Source of the DNA: Octopus bimaculoides
Taxonomy: Eukaryota
DNA length: 64,000 bases
Assembly: GCF_001194135.2 (NCBI RefSeq)
Contig: NC_068984.1
Location: 16,420,895 to 16,484,894 of the forward strand
Reading direction: 5' to 3'
A program made the translations under genes and the position numbers. This document shows positions 52,031-63,064 of the stretch, piece after piece. Positions within the stretch are counted from its first letter, which is position 1; every line of letters starts with the position of its first letter. The notes beneath the pieces were generated by a model. It was given only the letters and a program-made list of their open reading frames with translations, did no database searches and had not been told where the DNA came from.

Positions 52031-52500
52031 AATTGTAACGGTTGAGATTACCAGTTGTAAGCGATAAAAGATTTGTTTTTGTAGCGATGCCTGTTATGGT
52101 GCAACGTCGGGATCGCCAGTTTGTAACGGTTGGTTCTTGGGAAGGCTGCAATTCTCTTGTTCGGGGTCACCAATTGTAAGCGGTTAAGTTTTTAGTTGAA
52201 GTCGAGGGTCACCAGTTGTAACGGTTAGGTTTTCATTAATGTAGTTACCAATTGTAACGGGTAAGATTGATTAGGTACACAATATTATGAAATGTCGGAG
52301 TCAGCAGTCGTAACGATAAAAATTTGTTGTTACAACGGCATGTTGTAGGATGTGAAAGATGAACAATGCATGAAGTTTTGAGGAAATATTTATTTACCGT
52401 TACGTTACAATACCTTGCGTCGACGGGCAGGTTATAAATCCAAAAGCATGCGAAGTAAAGTTTGTGTTTGTGTTCTCTTCATTGTTTAGTAGTAATTACA
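52031..52500 (-). mobile_element. Short (~190-bp) LTR followed by a tandem array of LTR-end/PBS(Trp) units
   Basis: Minus strand: TGTAATTAC (52500) to TTTTTATCGTTACG (52309) with AATAAA, then repeats of CCGTTACAA(C/T)TGGTGACCCCGAC. Units at plus-strand 52294, 52241, 52201, 52160, 52106, 52044 and 52031. Confidence 0.7.
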
Positions 52501-52517
52501 CAGAGAGATAGAATGAT

Positions 52518-52618
52518 ACATTATTTACACTATTTACATTATTTACATTCGACGGATATTTGTCCTCATCTTGTTTGTTGCCCGTGGGCCGAGTTCGATT
52601 CCAAGTAGTGACCTGAAC

Positions 52619-52667
<49 letters not shown>

Positions 52668-52838
52668 TCGAAAAATACCTTAGAAATGAGAACCCAGGTT
52701 CGAAATTTCCCCAAGACACCTGAAGAAGGCTGGAGGCTGTATCAGCCGAAACGTTGTGTTAACAACAAACAAGATGAGGACAAACATCCGTCAAATGTAA
52801 ATAATGTACTTAACTCTTCATCTCTCGAATATAGAACC
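52518..52838 (+). mobile_element. Fold-back non-autonomous element with 46-bp inverted arms, (AAT)n core, hammerhead-like motif and 13-bp TSD
   Basis: Arms 52535-52580 and 52763-52808 (2 mismatches); TSD GAGATAGAATGAT at 52505-52517 and 52839-52851. Confidence 0.8.
52716..52759 (+). ncRNA. Ultra-minimal hammerhead-like motif
   Basis: ACAC-CTGAAGA-AGGCTG..CAGCC-GAAAC-GTT-GTGT; stems I and II pair; stem III is reduced to the ACGT palindrome. Confidence 0.55.
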
Positions 52839-52879
52839 GAGATAGAATGATGTTGCAAGAGAACAGGATTAGAGCTAGT

Positions 52880-53290
52880 GAGAGTTGTAGGGTTGTGGGA
52901 CGTTGCCTCACAGTTGCTGGCAGTAAACTTCATTTCTCCCTCTGACCAAGGTTCTAGCTGGTCAGCCAGACTTCGTTCTCACTGAGTTGTCACCGAAGCG
53001 ACTAACTCGTTGAGTCATCACCAAGTGACTGAACTATCTTTTTGCTTGGGGTTTATGCTTTTACAACTCTCCAGAAGGATAGACATATCGTTGAGAACAA
53101 TGGGCTTCGTTGGTGATACTGTGATATCTCTATTCTAGCTTTTGGTGAAGTAGAAGAGGTTAGAAAGGGTTAAGTGGTGAAGACATTATTTCAACCTAGC
53201 AAAAGGCAGTCTGGCAAATGTAAAATTGTTGTCAGAGAAAAACCATTATTCCACTGTGAGAAAAGTTCTATTGAACTGTTAATTTAAATT
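52880..53290 (-). pseudogene. CR1/L2/Jockey-group RT relic
   Basis: FGDNSV (compare FADDTKL) then LADQLEPWSEGEMKFTASNCEATSH (compare L..L..WS..W.M.FN..KC..MH). Confidence 0.45.
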
Positions 53291-54219
53291 TGGCTATGGT
53301 GGATCGAATCCACTTCATGCCTGCAAGATCCTACATAATCCTTAAGCTTAATGTCAGTAGCCTTCCCCTAGTTTATGAAAAAAATACAAAAATCCTTGTA
53401 TAGAACAGTGCTCTTCACAGTTCAGCGGCGCAGTGTTTGGCTGTTATGCGCATGCTCACATGTCCGAGATAGGAAGTTTCATGGTGGTGGTGGTGGTGGT
53501 GGTACTGCTGCTGGTGATGACACTGTTGCTGCTTTTAATTTCTTGCCATCATAGTGTGATGTCAATGTTGTACGAGACGTTGTCTTGGCAATGACGTCAA
53601 ACTTTGTAGTTGCCATGGCCGTAACAATACTGACTGTAGTCAGGCCGAAAGTTTCAAATCTCTTCTCTCATTCTCTATCTATCTGTCTATCTATCTATTT
53701 ATCTATTTATGTCTATCTCTCTCTCTGTATTGTCTGTATCTTATCTCTCATTTTCCTCCGCCGCGAACATTATAGTGGCATTCTTGGATCCATATTTAGC
53801 GAAAGTATTGCAGAAATACCCAACCTAAAAATTTGTCATTTTTCCCCAAATTTCATTTGAATTCTTCGGTTTTCAAAAACGAAGTTACGACTTTACAAAA
53901 AAAAAAAAAAAAAAAAAGAGAGAGAGAGAAGTAAAACAGCTTTTCAAAATTTTTAATTTCCTCACCATACACTTGAAATTTTATCTTTTTTTAATTTTTT
54001 GCTTTAATTTTACATTTGAATATACAGAGATTACGATCTTGAGAAAAAATAAAATTTGTTTCGAAATTTCAATTTTTTAAAAAATTAATAACACCTGGAT
54101 TTCAGAAAAAACATATCCATCTCGATCCAAATCTTTTGGAAGTTTTAAAAATTGTCCGTTAATTGCATGTGTACAGGACAACAACCATTAGCCAAATGCT
54201 CCCCAAAACAGACACAAAC

Positions 54220-54440
54220 GTGTGTGTTTGGTAAGAAGCTTGCTTCCCAGCCATATGGTTCCGGGTTTGTTTGTTTGTTTATGTCCCCATAACATTGCGG
54301 TTCAACAAAGAGACTGAAAAATAAGTGCCAGGCTTTACAGAAATAAGTACTGGGCTCAAGTCATTCGATAAAACCCTTCAAAGTGGTACCCCAGCATAGT
54401 AACAGTCTTTTGACTGAAACAGATTAAAAGATAAAAGATA
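54220..54440 (+). mobile_element. SINE family B with internal deletion
   Basis: Head to GGTTCCGGG joined through (GTTT)n directly to the TATGTCCCC tail. Confidence 0.7.
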
Positions 54441-54562
54441 CACCCATACATAAATAAATAAATACATACCTACATATATACATACATACGCACGTATGTA
54501 CGTACAAACAGCACGTGTATAAAAACGTTTTGCTAGTGACCTTCTCTTCTTTTGGCCCTTCT

Positions 54563-54839
54563 AAAGCCTAGCCAGGCTCATGGGCCCGGTTTCCCGGTTT
54601 CTATGGCGTATGTGTTCCCCGCAGCTGGACGGGACGCCAGTCCATCGCAGCGTTACTCAAGAAACAGAAAGAAAGAGTGAGAGAAAGTTGGGGCGAAAGA
54701 GTACAACAGGGGTCGCTACCACACCCTGCCAGAGCCTCGTGGAGCTTTAGGTGTTTTCGCTCCATAAACACTCAACGCCCGGTCTGGGAATCGAAACTGC
54801 GAGTCCGCTGCCCTAACCACTGGGCCATTGCACCTCCAC
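54563..54839 (-). mobile_element. Chimeric SINE: family-C head and body with a different 3' tail
   Basis: C head to CTTTCTCTCACTCT, then CTGCGATGGACTGGCGTCCCGTCCAG...GAAACCGGGAAACCGGGCCCATGAGCCTGGCTAGGCTTT instead of the C tail. Confidence 0.8.
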
Positions 54840-56711
54840 AGTAACCTTCTAGCATCTAAGTTATTTCATCTCTTCGGAGTGTTCCAATCTTTCCAGACTG
54901 TTTACCATCTTCAAGACATTTTACCAATTTCTCGAATTTTCTTTCTCTCCCAGAATTTGACCTTCACAAATATTTTTCTCTCATATTCAAATTTTTTGCA
55001 TCAAGAACTCTTTTTTCCAACCCTTCTCTCTTTGTTTCACAAACGCACACCTGAAGAAAACTATTTTCCGTCTATACTTTTTTGCTCATACACATACACA
55101 CACATATGTAATACCTTCCACCTTACACCAGCCCACAGCACTTCTGTAACATTTTCATTCACTTATAGACACGCTCTCCCTCTCCCTCTCTCACACACAC
55201 ACACCCTTCCTCTCACTACTCACGTTACACTCACCAACATCCTCCATTCCTCCTAATCAACGCCACCATATTTCTCCATATCTTTACACATACATACACC
55301 ACACCAACTCATATGAACACATCATTGTTTCTTACGCTCGCTCCAGACTCGTAAACACTGATATATGTATTCTACACGCCTGCGCTTCTCAGCTCCCTAT
55401 ATAGAACAGCATTCTCCCTGTTTCTAACCATTCACCGTCCTCTTACGACTCTTTCCCCACTTAATTTTTTTTTTTAATGTTGTAGTACTTTTTTCCTTTT
55501 ATGCACTCACTATCTCTCTGCTCCCTCTCTCTTTGCTTCTCCTTCAACTTTCCTTTCTGATAAACGACAAATTTTCAAAACGTAAAAGACACTCATTTCT
55601 CTCAAGTATGAGCCAACTAGTGAAGGTATTCTTATACAGTGCCGAGTAACTTGAAATCTATTTGGACTTACTAAATTCTATGCATCTATGCATGAGAATG
55701 AATGAACGAGTAAGTGGTAGAGAGATATGATGCTAGTAAATATATGTGCTGTAATGTATTGACATCCGATAGGGTTCTTACTAATCACGTAACTGGTGAG
55801 AAACTTATTGAAAACGTATTATCACGTAATTGAAAGTCTCGTAATGTTGTATATGTAATACATTGTGGTGAGTGTGGAGTACAATATATAAGTCAAAGGA
55901 CTCGAGTATTACATCAACGTCTCAATGGACATAGACAAGCCGTTAAGTTAAGTCTCTCGGTGTATTTATGAATATCTTACGATACATAATGAAGGGTTTG
56001 ATTGCTTTAGGATAAAGATAAGAGACTGTGTATCAGATGAGGTTGAATCAACAAAGCACTACTAGGAAAAGAAAATTTTTAGTTAATAGCACTCTGCAGT
56101 ATATACATACCCTTTGGACCTCAATGATAAGGCTGTTGGAAGATGGAACAGTATCATGTGAAAATGAAGGAAACGCTTCTTTTTTTTTTATCTTAGTCAA
56201 TTTTAAGGAGGCAACGTAGCCATGAAATGTAGAGTAAAGATGGTGAGAAATTACACAAAGATCTATAGGTAATGTGGAAATAGCTAAATGGATTATAGCC
56301 CGAGTGTTACGTTCTGTTCAGATCATATTCGTTAAAGACGCTCAACAGATTAAAGAGTATACGTAGTAAAAATATCATGGATGTGAGTTCTTGATAATTA
56401 GTTTTTCTGGTCGATTATTTAAAGATGCTAAAAAAAAAAGATGTCAAAAAAAAAGTAAAGAAGGAATTCATAACTGTGCCCTTTGTTACTAAAACTATGG
56501 ATAAAATGGATTTAAATACAGTTTTTGAAGATGGAAGTATAGACGATCTTTTACTTATTGGAGTTATGTGTTGTGTATGTGTGTGTACACACACACACCA
56601 CATATACATAGTTAAAAAATATACAAAAAATACACAAAACATAGAAACAGTTGAAAAATCAACAAACAGGGTGTGTTTGTGTTAGTTTGTCTCAGGAAAA
56701 ATGGAAGAAGT

Positions 56712-56747
56712 CTTTGACGTTTCAGGCCTACGCTCTTCCACAGAAGG
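56712..56747 (-). ncRNA. Non-canonical hammerhead-like motif (PLE pLTR fragment nested in the Naiad)
   Basis: CCTT-CTGTGGA-AGAGCGTAGGCCT-GAAAC-GTC-AAAG; core deviates from CUGANGA. Confidence 0.35.
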
Positions 56748-57051
56748 AAATGAGAGAAAACAGATGGAGGGGTAAGAAAAAAACTGGAGAAAAAAGATGT
56801 TTCGTGTTTGAATTAACAGTTGAGCTGACCGGAAGGAAGGAAGGAGGTGACAGTATATATATAATTATATGTATTTCTTCTATCTTAATGAATAAAAATT
56901 CTTCGGATAGAATAAATGGGTTAATAGGAACCAATGTAGCAAAGAACACAAAATAACTGTGGTGTAGTTCCTGTTTTTAAGGCAGGAACTCCTTGAAATT
57001 TTGGGTATTTGACTCGGTCATAATGTCTTACGTTTAAGATGATTCCCATGC

Positions 57052-57137
57052 ATTCCCTGAAGAGAAGGTTACAATTTTAATATCACAGATCCCTATGGAT
57101 CACACAGGTTGTAATCCTTTGAAACATATGTAGGAAT
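57052..57137 (+). ncRNA. Type-I minimal hammerhead ribozyme with intact core
   Basis: ATTCC-CTGAAGA-GAAGGTTACAA...TTGTAATCCTTT-GAAAC-ATAT-GTA-GGAAT: stem I 5 bp, stem II 11 bp with one bulge, palindromic stem III loop, GUA cleavage site at 57130-57132. Confidence 0.7.
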
Positions 57138-57175
57138 AAAGTATGCAATTATAACATGCGTTTTTTCCATTCCTT

Positions 57176-57177
57176 AA

Positions 57178-57258
<81 letters not shown>
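57176..57258. repeat. (TA)n microsatellite
   Basis: Directly visible. Confidence 0.97.
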
Positions 57259-57262
<4 letters not shown>

Positions 57263-58652
57263 TAGAAATATGATTAGAAAAAGCCTTATTGGATATCAAT
57301 ACATTGCAACACATATTTACAAGCATCGCATCTTTCTACCACACTTATTCATTCTCATGCATAGATGCATTTTATATATACGTATCGATTTTTGGCAAGA
57401 TATTATTTAATCATAAGGAATTTGTATCTAGGTTAAACAATTGTAAATGTTCTAGTTTCTGCTGCATGGAAGATGGGCTTGTTTACACGAGGAACTTAAA
57501 TGTTGTTTGTAATAGGGACTTAAAGATGGCGATGATAAGGGCTACGATATTTAGAGAGTCAAGAAAGATGAATAAGTTAAAGCTTGAAAACATAGCGTTG
57601 GATTCAGTTGTTATAAGTTTGTTTTTTGTTTTGATTTTTAGGGGGTTTTTTATAGACCTGATGGTAAACTAAATGGTACTAAATGGTAAATACAGGATTA
57701 GAAGAGATGATTTTGAGGAATAGAAATGGAAGATAATTACTCCAGTTAAAGGAAGGATTAGAAAGACCTTGCTATCGAAAAAAATTCGGTCCTTGGAAAC
57801 AAACAAAAAAAAGAAAACAATACTTAATGAGATGACTAAACGATATGGTAAAGTACCGACGGATAAGGTAATGAGTAATTTTGTAATTATGTGTAGGAAG
57901 TATTATGTGTAGGAAGTATTATGTGTAGGAAGTATTATGTGAAGAAGTTAGCGAGTCAGTTGGGAATGAAACCGGATTTTACTGGATTTTCATCAGAGGA
58001 TTCTACATCAATTTGAATGACTCATCGAGTAGTTATAACATATGAATTACTTTCAGAAGATACTGAAACCCATGTAGAGAGATTAATACTTGAAGTAGGG
58101 ATTAAATAGTTACGGATAAGAAAGGAACCGATGCATTTCGAAACAGTTATAGATTCCTAAGTTACACAAAACACCATGTAAGAACAGCTAGATCAAGAAA
58201 AGTACGAATAGACAGGAAGCGATCTTGGTTAACGAAGCATTATGTTTGTTAAGTATTACAATGACATTTACCGAAGTTCTAGGATTAGTTTAATGTGGAA
58301 CATTAGACCTAGCATCAAAATATTGGGGGAAAAAACTAAAAGATGTGAAGGTAGGTAATACAAAGCATATGTATGATTCTTTAGATTTAAAACTGTTAGA
58401 GGCCAGAATATTTAAAATAGTATATCTAGTATATGCAAATATATTTGAGTATATATTGATTAAAAATTCTGTCAGTTTTATGTTCAGTATCTAGTACAGT
58501 GGTTATAGAAGTTAAGAAGAAAAAAAGAAGAAAACTTGCAGTAAAGTTTGTTATAAATAATGCATACATTCCGCTTGCGGACAGGGTATGTAGAGAGGTT
58601 AGAGATATTCTTATGGAGGTAATTGTAGTACTTTACTCTCTGCCTTGTACTT

Positions 58653-59014
58653 CGTAGAGGCGCAATGGCAGCGGACTCGCGATCATAGGATCGCGGTTTC
58701 GATTCCCAGACCGGGCGTTGTGAGTGTTTATTGAGCGAAAGCAACTAAAGCTCCACGAGGCTATGGCAGGGGGTGGTGGCGAACCCTGCTGTGCTCTTTC
58801 CCCACAGCTTTCTCTTACTCTTACTTCTTGTTTCTGTTGTGCCTGTAATTCAAAGGGTCAGCCTTGTCACGCTGAATATCCCCGAGAACTACGTTAAGAG
58901 TACACGTGTCTGTGGAGTGCTCAGCCACGTGCACATTAATTTCACGAGCAGGCTGTTCCGTTGATCGGATCAACTGGAACCCTCGACGTCGTAAGCGACG
59001 GAGTGCCAACAACA
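58653..59014 (+). mobile_element. SINE family C inserted in RT motif B' of the Naiad, 11-bp TSD
   Basis: TSD GCCTTGTACTT at 58642-58652 and 59015-59025; removing the SINE restores SALYL-AS*EF..RYMDG. Confidence 0.92.
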
Positions 59015-60481
59015 GCCTTGTACTTGGCATCATGAGAATTTAGTTCTTTTAATGATTTATGGAAAAGGAAAACGTTAGATTTAGTCAACCAGCTTAGTGG
59101 CTGATGCAGATACATGGATGGCGTTTTCATTCCAGAGTATAGATTTTTTTTTCTGTTAGTATTTATTACTAAATAAGATTTTATTATAGGGGTTCAGGAA
59201 GCTAGCAGAAGTGGTAAGGATATAAATGAAATTAATTATTTGTACATTCCAATTGAATTTGTCATAAATCTGTGATTATTATAATTTCTAATGAGACAAA
59301 GCAAATTCAATTTTAGAATTGCAGCCATGTGATATGCAGATAACTACACACCTAATAAGTAGGATATAACATATTTGCTGGACAGGTAATAAGATATGGA
59401 AAGATGATTAGTAGATACGATTTATTATTAGGCGTTACTTATAATCGTATAAAGTGAATCATTTGACAAGGTTCTAATCCGAACAGATTAATTAAACAAT
59501 TTAATTGTGACGTAGATTTCCACACTGGTATATGAAATAACTTCGTAAATAGAAACTTTTCTCAACAACGCTAAGAGTAAAAGATGTTCTATATGACACA
59601 TTCTACCAGTATCCGAAGTTTGAAAGTGTTTAGTTAAAGAAAATTAATTAATCGGGCTTCCTATAAAAAGGAAAAGATCCCACTTCGCTCAATTTTTCCT
59701 TCCCAGAACGACGTCCCTTGCAACTTCTTCCCTGCTTATGTAATTCTCGCAGATACTTAATTGCAATGGTGAAAAAGAAACATCGATAGCATCAACCTCT
59801 GGCCTGTAAATGTCTTGGGACCTATCTCTTCCTTCAGATCCAGCAATTAAAGAAAAATTTCGTGCGATTCTACCGGGATGAGAGGAAGAAACGTGATAGG
59901 CTTAGCTCCTTTCCTCAGGCAAGGTTTAGATGCCTTGCCCTTACGCGGGACACAACATTGAGTGATTATTTCGTTCCCTCACATATTCTGAATACTGCGT
60001 TGGAGGTAGAAGTAGAGGCTATCACACCTCCGATGGAATAAAGTAAGTCATAGAAATATAACCTTTTGTAGATAAATGACATGATTCCTTTTTTTTCTCA
60101 AACGGCAGCATTAAAACGATTAATTGTAGGAGCTGGGTCACTGACCACAAAGTTCTTGACTTGTTTGGCGTCTCAACTGGCTGACGTGTCTCATAGTAAG
60201 GTTTCAAAAGTCTTAAGCTGCTTCTGTTGATAAAATGGAAACAGAAATAAAGAACAACTCGTATCCATGTATTTACTGTGTATTCTGAAGCTGGGCTGAC
60301 CGGAGCCATATAACAACAAACAATATCGTTTCTTGAATTAAGTTAACATTATACACATCCTATTATCAACAGATTTCACTTGTTACTCATTATGGCTCTT
60401 TGTTGTTAATCAATAAGTTTGCGAGACATCACTTAGTTTTTCATTTCATATTCTATTGTATTTTTTATTCGTTCGTTTGAT

Positions 60482-60512
<31 letters not shown>

Positions 60513-60929
60513 TACTCTCTCTTTCTCTCTATCCACACAATATTTTCTCAGAAAGAAAAAAAAGTGACTTCAATTCATACAAGCTTCAAGGAAAAGAAAA
60601 TTTATCTTCAAGAAATATATGTGCAGCATATATGTACTGTCTTAGTCTCAATCGTTATATAAAGAAAACGAATGTACGAAACAGAAATTAAGAAGAATGG
60701 ATGCAGGACAAAGCAATCAGATAAGACAGGAGATATTTTATTTATAACTAGACTAAATTAATATGTAAATGTTACATCTTACATCAGAAGATCACTAGAG
60801 CAAATGGTTTGAAAATAAGAAAAATCGCCAAAAATTGTCAGACTATCATGGACAGATACGAAAATCAATTAAACCACCAGCACTTGTGTATTGTAAACCA
60901 GTAGTTAACCAAAGTAATGCTGGGGTACG

Positions 60930-61149
60930 TAAGGCGGCGAGCTGGCAGAAACGTTTGCACCCCGGGCGAAAGGCTTAGCAGTATTTCGTCCGTCTTTACG
61001 CTCTGAGTTCAAATTCCGACGAGGGTGACTTTGCCTTTCATCCTTTCGGGGGTCGATAAATTAAGAACCAGTTGCGTACTGGGGTCGATCTAATCAACTG
61101 GTCCCCTTCCCCAAAACTTTCGGGCCTTGTGCCTAGAGTAGAAAAGAAT
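60930..61149 (+). mobile_element. SINE family A, complete, type-2 tail
   Basis: TAAGGCGGCGAGCTGGCAGAAACG head, GAGTTCAAATTCC B box, core, tail CCCCAAAACTTTCGGGCCTTGTGCCTAGAGTAGAAAAGAAT. Confidence 0.88.
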
Positions 61150-61372
61150 GTTGAGGTACGTAACGTTAAATTTTTTTATTACCCGCAAGGGGCGACAGAG
61201 GTACGTAACGTTAGTAAATACATTGGATAAGCAATGAATTAAATAAATAGTCAATGACTATGAAACAGTAAGTAAAAGCATTTTGAAAAATAATTATAGT
61301 GGATTCTCCTCTCGTAAGCGACATATAAAGGTTTCGCAACCTCTGGTTGGACATCCTGCACAAATGAATTGG

Positions 61373-61721
61373 GATCATTTTTAAAACGGGGGCCACATTT
61401 TTCATTAACGAAACACTTTGAAACTTGGAACACTGGTAGAATGTGTCATATAAAAGCAAATTTAAAATGAAAAAAGCAAATAAAACGAAGCTATGGCTTA
61501 ATCAGCCAAAGGAGTAAATGTAAACAACTGAATGCTTGTCAGTGATTGGTTGAAATTATCGAAATAAGACAATTTTTTACATGAAATAAATTCGAATACA
61601 AAAATATTTTTCTGTTCTATAACACAAAATAGATAAGTATACGAAGTTTGAAAGTCTTTCGGTACCAAAAACACTACGTAAAACATTAATGAAAAATGTG
61701 GCCCCCGTTTTAAAAAAGATC
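61373..61721. mobile_element. MITE-like element bounded by ~36-bp inverted repeats
   Basis: GATCATTTTTAAAACGGGGGCCACATTTTTCATTAA (61373-61408) versus its reverse complement at 61686-61721; true termini and TSD not identified. Confidence 0.55.
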
Positions 61722-61774
61722 CATGAATTGTTTGAAGTGATCAAATGTTTGTATTGTATATTAGCTCACCCCCT

Positions 61775-61945
61775 CGATCAAATCGATATTACCTGCACAG
61801 GTGCACGGTGTGCCGCATGGCAGATGTCAAGGTGGTTACAGAGCAACGTGAAATAAAGGTTTTGCTCAAAAACACGACGCACCACCCGGTTCAGGAATCG
61901 AAACCACGATCTGGCGATCGAGAGTGCGATGTCCTAACCACTGAA
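61775..61945 (-). mobile_element. SINE family E
   Basis: Reverse complement matches 7388-7630. Confidence 0.65.
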
Positions 61946-61968
61946 ACTTGCTGCTTGTGCTAGAAATA

Positions 61969-62156
61969 CAGTAATCCCTCGACTTTCGCGAATGTTACGT
62001 TCCAAAACCCTCCGCGATAGGTGAAAATCCACGAAATGTATATGTATATGTAAATGTATATGTTTTTTATATTATTATCATAATTTGTATATATTTATTT
62101 TATTATAAATGCAAAACAATACCACAGAGGAACCGTAATATGGCGAGGAATTACTG
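61969..62156. mobile_element. Tigger-like MITE
   Basis: TIRs CAGTAATCCCTCG / CGAGGAATTACTG; TA on the left flank. Confidence 0.65.
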
Positions 62157-63064
62157 TCCTCATCATTATTTTTTAGATTCGGTCCAAGTTTAGATGAGTA
62201 GGGAGGAGATTTTCCAACTATACCAACAATTTGTAACTTTAAGTAAGCACATTTAATTTCAAAGTGAGAAATAGCATTTTCAAACTGGGTACATACCTTT
62301 CGAAGTGAGAACAGCAATCTTAATCCTTTTGGCCCTGACCTCCTGAACCTTATTTTACCATATATCTGGCAATCCACCGGTGCTAAGGTATAGAGAAAAA
62401 TAAGCCATCCACCGGTAAACCGGTGTTTCGGGCTCAGTGGGTTAAACTTAAACAAAAATGGTCTCAATCAGATTTCGTGTCCATCTGCATAAGGCGCAGT
62501 TTGAAAGCTTTACACCATTTAGCTGAACGTTTACACGACTCTGTTGGATTACAGTTTCTGGACAAGATATTCTAAATTCTCGTTTGAAATATCTACCAGT
62601 GCATTTGTATGTGCGTAATCCCATGCAATATGGATGACCAAGTTATTTGATGACGAAAGTCACATAGTATATTTTATGTTTGAGAGGTGCAATGTATGGT
62701 TTAAAATTATATTTATGAAAGATGCAGTTACATGGCGCTATTCAATAAAGTAGACTGGTTAGTCTCTGCTTCTAGAAGTCTTTTACTGTGTCTTCATTTT
62801 TACAGTTAACACTTTAACTGTAAAACCTATTGGTATTTTCGGTAAAGCAACACTAAAAGTCAGTACTATCTCAAGAGCCACACACGGTGACTTTCAGAGC
62901 CATAGTTTGACCACTATTGCCATAGTGGAATGCTGCCTGTATATGAAATACGCAGTAAATGACCCCCACCCAGTCTTAAAAAATCAAGCTAAAGTCCCTT
63001 TCTTCTCAATATGCTACGTATGGCGCATTCACATTTTGTGGAAGACAAACAGAAAGGAGTTATT

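Larger units (their letters stand above)
55690..59540 (+). mobile_element. Decayed near-full-length Penelope-like element with N-terminal GIY-YIG endonuclease (Naiad-type)
   Basis: In order: N*KSRNVVYVIHCGECGVQYISQ..LHQRLNGH and PFG-LNDK (EN, 55750-56130); RRQRSH; KEFITVPFVTKTMDKMDLNTVF; NNCKCSSF (CxC, 57442-57450); VYTRNLNVVCN; VPTDKVMSNFVIMCRKYY; IPKLHKTP; FVINNAYI..RVCREVRDILMG-GNCSTLLSALYL (motif B'); RYMDG (59108-59122, degenerate YxDD); GQVIRY; QG.NPNRLIKQF. Confidence 0.85.

Noticed and set aside
52031-52320. CRISPR array
   Set aside because: Repeat-spacer look only: the repeats are degenerate, match an LTR end plus tRNA-Trp PBS, spacer lengths run 0-39 nt, there are no cas genes, and the DNA is animal.
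59640-60300. GC-richer segment after the Naiad, possible exon or PLE relic
   Set aside because: No continuous frame or recognisable motif.
6539-61149. tRNA genes
   Set aside because: All A/B-box sequences run into SINE bodies and lack a complete cloverleaf or acceptor stem.
62798-62825. 12-bp perfect hairpin TTTTACAGTTAA-CACT-TTAACTGTAAAA
   Set aside because: Short, AT-rich and unsupported by any flanking structure.
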